Positions 59,170 to 64,000 of a DNA stretch of 64,000 nt are shown here, in pieces; the first letter of the stretch is position 1; each line of letters begins with the position of its first letter. Source of the stretch: Deltaproteobacteria bacterium (GTDB taxonomy: Bacteria > DRYD01); NCBI GenBank assembly GCA_028276365.1, contig JAPYWL010000001.1, positions 16,488 to 80,487 on the forward strand. Reading direction: 5' to 3'. The position numbers were made by a program, and so were the translations under genes. The notes under the pieces are model-generated. The model was not told the DNA's origin, made no database searches, and saw only the letters and a program-made list of their open reading frames with translations.

Positions 59170-60402
59170 ATGAACAATAGGGTAGTTATTACAGGGTTAG
59201 GTGTTATTTCTCCATTGGGACTAAATATAAATGAATTTTGGAATAATTTAATTAATGGAAAAAATGGGATAACTATTAATACAAGGATTAACACTGATAA
59301 TTTTAAAACAAAGATAGCAGGGTTAGTGCCTAATTCTTTTGATCCTTATAATTATATTGATAAAAAACATATAAGAAAGATGGACAGGTATTGTCATTAT
59401 GGTGTAGCTGCTGCTGAATTAGCTTTAAAAGATTCCGAAATTAATTTAAATAACTATGATCCTTTTAGAATAGGTGTTTTCGTTGGTTCAGGGATTGGGG
59501 GGATTGAAACTTTTGAAGAGCAAACTTTTATTTATTTAAATAGTGGAAATTCAAAAGTTAGTCCATTTTTTGTGCCTAAAATGATAGTTAATATCTTAGC
59601 TGGTTGGATTGGAATTATTTATAATATTAAAGGACCTAATTTAACTTACGTTAGTGCATGTTCTAGTTCATTACATGCTTTAGGAGAAGGGTTCTTAGCT
59701 GTTAAGAATGGCTTAGTAGATGTTGCTATAGTAGTAGGTTCAGAAGCTCCTATTACTAATATGGCTATTGCTGGATTTGAGAATATGGGAGCTTTATCAA
59801 AAAACCCTGATCCTAATACTGCTTCTAGACCTTTTGATTTAAATAGAGATGGATTTGTTATTTCTGAAGGGGCTGGGGCTTTAGTATTAGAAAATTTAAG
59901 TTCTGCTAATAAAAGAGATGCTAAAATATATGCTGAAATTATTGGGTATTCTCATACTTGTGATGCTTATCATATAACTGCTCCTGATCCTGAAGCTACT
60001 TCTATTAAGCAAGCTATTAAATCAGCTATAAATGGTATAGATATTGAGCAAATAGATTATGTAAATGCTCATGGAACTTCTACTCCTTATAATGATAAAA
60101 CAGAAACTAAAGCTATAAAAGAAGTTTTAGGAGATAGAGCTTATAAAATTAATATAAGTTCGATAAAATCGATGATAGGTCATACTTTAGGTGCTGCTGG
60201 AGCTATTGAAAGTATTGCTACAGTTTTAGCTATCTATAATAAAGTTATTCCTCCTACTATTAATTATTCAACTCCTGATCCTGAATGTGATTTAAATTAT
60301 ACTCCTAATAAGGCAGTATCAAGAGAGATTAATATAGCTTTGAAAAATTCGTTTGGTTTTGGTGGGCATAATGTAGTGGTAGCTTTTAAAAAATTTTCGT
60401 AA
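59170..60402 (+). CDS. fabF: Beta-ketoacyl-ACP synthase II
   Basis: RVVITGLGVISPLG, active-site Cys YVSACSSSLHALG, NAHGTSTPYND, GHTLGAAGAIE, NSFGFGGHN. Confidence 0.95.
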   Translation: MNNRVVITGLGVISPLGLNINEFWNNLINGKNGITINTRINTDNFKTKIAGLVPNSFDPYNYIDKKHIRKMDRYCHYGVAAAELALKDSEINLNNYDPFRIGVFVGSGIGGIETFEEQTFIYLNSGNSKVSPFFVPKMIVNILAGWIGIIYNIKGPNLTYVSACSSSLHALGEGFLAVKNGLVDVAIVVGSEAPITNMAIAGFENMGALSKNPDPNTASRPFDLNRDGFVISEGAGALVLENLSSANKRDAKIYAEIIGYSHTCDAYHITAPDPEATSIKQAIKSAINGIDIEQIDYVNAHGTSTPYNDKTETKAIKEVLGDRAYKINISSIKSMIGHTLGAAGAIESIATVLAIYNKVIPPTINYSTPDPECDLNYTPNKAVSREINIALKNSFGFGGHNVVVAFKKFS

Positions 60403-60417
60403 TTTTTAGATATTAAT

Positions 60418-60454
60418 TTCCGCTTGCTGAAGGAGCGGAATAAAAATACTTCAG
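60418..60454 (+). promoter_or_regulatory. GC-rich interleaved stems (possible H-type pseudoknot) upstream of recA
   Basis: Stem a is TTCCGCT (60418-60424) / AGCGGAA (60434-60440). Stem b is CTGAAG (60427-60432) / CTTCAG (60449-60454). The order a5'-b5'-a3'-b3' gives connecting loops of 2, 1 and 8 nt. It contains the only SD-like AAGGAG (60430-60435) upstream of recA. Confidence 0.45.
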
Positions 60455-60474
60455 CTAACTTCTATAAAAATCTT

Positions 60475-61536
60475 ATGGATGAATTAAAAGAAAAAAATAA
60501 AGAATCTATTTTAAGAAGTGTTATTTCACAGATAGAGAAAGAATTTGGAAAAGGTAGTATAATGAAATTGGGTCAATATGAAAAATTACAAGTGGAATCT
60601 ATATCTACGGGTAGTTTGACGTTAGATTTAGCTTTAGGTGTTGGGGGATTTCCAAGAGGAAGGATCTCAGAGATATTTGGGCAAGAGTCTTCGGGTAAAA
60701 CAACATTAGCTTTATGTGCTATAGCTAATGCTCAAAGAAATGGGGGGATTGCGGCGTTTATTGATGCTGAGCATGCTCTTGATCCTGTTTATGCTAAGAA
60801 TTTGGGAGTTGATATTGATAATTTGTATATAAGTCAACCGGATAGTGGAGAGCAAGCTTTAGCTATTGTTGATATGTTATCTAGATCTAATGTAGTAGAT
60901 ATTATTGTAGTGGATTCGGTAGCTGCATTGGTGCCTCAAGCTGAATTAGAAGGTCAAATAGGTGATCAATTTATAGGATTACAAGCAAGATTAATGTCTC
61001 AAGCTCTTAGAAAATTAACTGCTTTAATTTCTAAATCTAAAACTGCCGTTATTTTTATAAATCAAATAAGAGAGAAAGTAGGAGTTATGTTTGGAAATCC
61101 TGAAACTACTCCAGGTGGTAGAGCACTTAAGTTTTATGCCAGTGTTAGGATTGAATTAAAAAAGATAGAGAATATTAAGAAAGGGGATTTAAATATAGGG
61201 GCTAAGATAAAAGCTAAGGTAGTTAAAAATAAAGTAGCTCCTCCATTTAGAGAAGCAGTTTTTAATATTATTTTTGGACAAGGTATAGATAAGTTATCTG
61301 AAATTGCTGATCTTGCAATTGAATTAAATATTATTACTAAAACAGGATCTTGGTACTCTTATAATAATGAAAAAATTGGACAGGGTAAAGATAAGGTATT
61401 AGAATTTCTTAATTCTAATCCCTCTATTTTAGAGCAAATTGAAAAGACTATTATTCAAAATTATTCTATTAATAATTTATTAACAAGATCTAATCAAGGT
61501 AATAATTCTGTAGAGGAAGAATTAATTGAAAAATAG
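60475..61536 (+). CDS. recA: Recombinase RecA
   Basis: [10 protein letters not shown], Walker [58 protein letters not shown]. The ATG at 60475 gives a normal-length N-terminus; the listed TTG at 60424 lies inside the hairpin. Confidence 0.93.
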   Translation: MDELKEKNKESILRSVISQIEKEFGKGSIMKLGQYEKLQVESISTGSLTLDLALGVGGFPRGRISEIFGQESSGKTTLALCAIANAQRNGGIAAFIDAEHALDPVYAKNLGVDIDNLYISQPDSGEQALAIVDMLSRSNVVDIIVVDSVAALVPQAELEGQIGDQFIGLQARLMSQALRKLTALISKSKTAVIFINQIREKVGVMFGNPETTPGGRALKFYASVRIELKKIENIKKGDLNIGAKIKAKVVKNKVAPPFREAVFNIIFGQGIDKLSEIADLAIELNIITKTGSWYSYNNEKIGQGKDKVLEFLNSNPSILEQIEKTIIQNYSINNLLTRSNQGNNSVEEELIEK

Positions 61537-61586
61537 TTAAAAAATAATCAAGGAATATTAAAAGTAATTAATGGGTGATATTGTTT

Positions 61587-64000
61587 ATGTTAAATAAAAA
61601 TTATAATCATAAGGAAATAGAAGAAGTTTTATTAAAAGAATTTTATGAAGTAAATAAAATAGAACCTAAATTTAAGAATCCTTCTTATTCTATTGTAATC
61701 CCACCTCCTAATGTTACAGGATCTTTACATATGGGACATGCTTTAAATAATACCATTCAGGATTTTTTAGTTAGATATCATTTATTAAAAGGATATGATA
61801 GTGTCTGGTTTATAGGTACTGATCATGCGGGGATTGCTACTCAGAATGTTGTTGAAAAAAAATTATTAAAAGAGGGGATTAAGAGAAAAGATTTATCAAA
61901 AGAAGAGTTTTTGAAATATATTTGGGATTGGAAAGAGGAATATGGAAATATTATATTAGAGCAGTTTAAAAAATTAGGTATCTATGCTTATTTTGATAAA
62001 GCTAGATTTACTATGGATGAAGAATATACAAAAGCTGTTAAAAAAGCTTTTGTTCATTTATTTAATAAGGGTTATATTTATAAGGGGAAGCGAGTTATAA
62101 ATTGGTGTAGCAGATGTTTAACTAGTTTATCTGATTTAGAAGTAGTTCATAAAGAGAAAGAAAATAATTTATATTATGTTAAATATAAATTAGAAGATGA
62201 GGAAGATTATTTAATTATAGCAACTACCAGGCCTGAAACTATATTAGCTGATACAGCTGTAGCTGTTAATCCCAAAGATCAAAGATATATTAAATATATT
62301 AATAAAAGGGTTTTTGTGCCTATTGTTAATAGATTAGTTCCAATTGTAGGGGTTGAAGAAGTAGATATATCTTTTGGTACAGGGGTTTTAAAAATAACTC
62401 CTGCTCATGATTTTAATGATTATAAAATTTATAAAAAGTTAAAAGAGAGAGGAATTGACATAGATATTATAAATATATTTACAAAAGAAGCTTGTATTAA
62501 TCTTGAAGATAGTAAATATTATGGATTAGATAGGTTTAAGGCAAGAGAGGAAATAGTAAAAGATTTGGAACAGATGGGATTATTAGTAAAAGTTGAGTCT
62601 CATAGGAGTAATATAGGACATTGTTATAGATGTGATAATATTATTGAACCTTATTATTCTGATCAGTGGTTTATTAGAATGGATAAAAATGATCCTTTAA
62701 TAGGTAGAGCTATTGAGGTAGTTAAAAGTGATAAAATTAAGTTTTATCCAAGTGTATTTAAGAAGGTGGTTTTAGATTGGTATGAGAATATCGAGGATTG
62801 GTGTGTATCTAGGCAAATAGTATGGGGTCATAGGATTCCTGTTTTTTATTGTAAAGATTGTTTAAATATATGGGCTGATGAAAGAGATGAAGTTAAAAAT
62901 TGTATTAAATGTAATTCAGATAATATTTATCAAGAAGAAGATGTATTGGATACGTGGTTTAGTTCTGCTTTATGGCCGTTTGCTGTTATGTTTTGGCCTG
63001 ATATTGATAAATTTAATAAATATAAAACCTTTTATTATCCTACTAATGTCTTAACTACTGCAAGAGAAATATTGTTTTTATGGGTTAGTAGAATGATATT
63101 TATGTCTTTAGAATTTATTAATGATATTCCTTTTAAGGATGTTATTATACATGCAGTTATATTAGCTCCTAGTGGTAAAAGAATGAGTAAATCTTTAGGA
63201 ACTGGTATTGATCCACTGGAATTAATTGAAAAATATGGTGCTGATTCTACTAGAATGGGATTAATTTTACAAGTGGGTGAATCGCAAGATGTTAAATTTA
63301 ATTATGAAAAAATAGAGATGGCTAAAAACTTTATAAATAAAATCTGGAATTCCATTAGATATTACCAATTTAGATTATCTAGTAATTATGATTTTAAATA
63401 TAAGCTTAAAGATAAAGATTTAGTTAATTTAATTAATTCTTGGATATTAATTAAAACTTTATATTTAATTGAAAATTTGGAAAGATATGTAAAAGAATAT
63501 AAATTCTTTGATTATGTAATGAGTTTATATCATTTTGTTTGGAATGTATTTTGTGATTGGTATTTGGAATTTACAAAATTTATTGAATTAGAAGAATTTA
63601 AGGATACTATAGAAATAATTATTAAGGTAATTTTAGTTTATTTACATCCAATTGTTCCTTTTGTTAGTTATTATATTTATAAGAATTTGTTTAATGAAAT
63701 TATTTTAGATATTAATATAAATGATTTAGTTGATAATTTAAATAAAAGAATTGATGATATGGAAAATGTAAAAGCTATAGATAATTTAATAGAATTAATA
63801 AAATTTATAAGGCCGTATGTTAATGATTTATTATTTGTTTCAAAACAAAATAATATAAAGTTAGAGAATGTTTTTATACATTTACAAGGTTTGGAGAAAT
63901 TATTTAAAGATAATTATATTTCAGATTTATTAAATATTATATCAATTTTTACTAAATCAAAAATTACTGAATTATCAGATGATCAAAGTTTTAATAAATA
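61587..64000 (+). CDS. valS: Valyl-tRNA synthetase, N-terminal ~804 aa (3' end outside the window)
   Basis: The ORF from the ATG at 61587 appears to stay open to the window end; it is absent from the track, which lists only ORFs with an in-window stop. Hand translation gives MLNKNYNHKEIEEV...PPPNVTGSLHMGHAL (HIGH-type motif) and SGKRMSKSLG (KMSKS) near 63175. Confidence 0.93.
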   Translation, partial: MLNKNYNHKEIEEVLLKEFYEVNKIEPKFKNPSYSIVIPPPNVTGSLHMGHALNNTIQDFLVRYHLLKGYDSVWFIGTDHAGIATQNVVEKKLLKEGIKRKDLSKEEFLKYIWDWKEEYGNIILEQFKKLGIYAYFDKARFTMDEEYTKAVKKAFVHLFNKGYIYKGKRVINWCSRCLTSLSDLEVVHKEKENNLYYVKYKLEDEEDYLIIATTRPETILADTAVAVNPKDQRYIKYINKRVFVPIVNRLVPIVGVEEVDISFGTGVLKITPAHDFNDYKIYKKLKERGIDIDIINIFTKEACINLEDSKYYGLDRFKAREEIVKDLEQMGLLVKVESHRSNIGHCYRCDNIIEPYYSDQWFIRMDKNDPLIGRAIEVVKSDKIKFYPSVFKKVVLDWYENIEDWCVSRQIVWGHRIPVFYCKDCLNIWADERDEVKNCIKCNSDNIYQEEDVLDTWFSSALWPFAVMFWPDIDKFNKYKTFYYPTNVLTTAREILFLWVSRMIFMSLEFINDIPFKDVIIHAVILAPSGKRMSKSLGTGIDPLELIEKYGADSTRMGLILQVGESQDVKFNYEKIEMAKNFINKIWNSIRYYQFRLSSNYDFKYKLKDKDLVNLINSWILIKTLYLIENLERYVKEYKFFDYVMSLYHFVWNVFCDWYLEFTKFIELEEFKDTIEIIIKVILVYLHPIVPFVSYYIYKNLFNEIILDININDLVDNLNKRIDDMENVKAIDNLIELIKFIRPYVNDLLFVSKQNNIKLENVFIHLQGLEKLFKDNYISDLLNIISIFTKSKITELSDDQSFNK

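Noticed and set aside
60403-60474. LexA/SOS box upstream of recA.
   Set aside because: There is no CGAAC-N4-GTTCG or CTGT-N8-ACAG type palindrome. The inverted repeats present (CTGAAG/CTTCAG) do not match known LexA sites.
61537-61586. T-box leader upstream of valS (and likewise upstream of leuD at 21030-21188).
   Set aside because: The valS spacer is 50 nt. The leuD spacer has no specifier hairpin or T-box sequence, only the duplicated SD.
1-64000. CRISPR arrays, transposases, integrases, prophage genes, restriction-modification or known defence or toxin-antitoxin modules.
   Set aside because: No regularly spaced direct repeats were seen beyond 13-18-bp tandem duplications. No ORF carries recognisable transposase, integrase, Cas, methyltransferase-endonuclease or toxin motifs. 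The window reads as core chromosome.

Overview
Visibly very AT-rich bacterial chromosome segment that begins inside dnaA. It is densely packed, with about 60 protein genes, one 5S rRNA and two tRNAs, arranged in alternating strand blocks: + 1-5 kb, - 5-18.6 kb, + 19-34.7 kb, - 34.9-47.8 kb, + 48-64 kb. Most content is housekeeping. This includes replication and repair (dnaA, recA), translation (rpmB, rplU, valS, tRNA-Thr, tRNA-His, 5S) and cell division (ftsE, minCDE, a SPOR protein). One-carbon and glycine metabolism is represented by gcvT, gcvPB, glyA, folD and a lipoate ligase. Envelope genes are uppS, a WecA-like transferase, split hldE heptose genes, a glycosyltransferase and a 3D/G5 protein. 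Cofactor and lipid genes are coaX, nadK, hemH, fabF, ndk and rpiB. There are scattered type IV pilus parts (a prepilin-like protein, pilT) and Bat/MoxR-associated parts (BatA-like VWA, two DUF58). Heptose genes plus the Min system suggest a diderm, and a BpsA-like branched-polyamine synthase hints at a thermophile; both are inferences. I found no CRISPR array, transposase, integrase, prophage or recognisable defence island. The best candidate for an undescribed system is a minus-strand cluster at 5844-13881: a giant TPR protein, a 916-aa orphan protein, a Roadblock/LC7-like protein and a GHKL kinase-like ATPase. Other notable points: ftsE is followed by a GAF/HD-GYP protein where ftsX is expected; a 5S rRNA gene has no 23S upstream; a DUF58 gene is split at a T9 tract; both tRNAs abut ORFs that lack a Shine-Dalgarno (SD) sequence; GC-rich hairpin or pseudoknot elements sit in AT-rich spacers; and several intergenic regions are unusually long and untranslated. 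All functional calls rest on motif recognition by eye, with no searches run.
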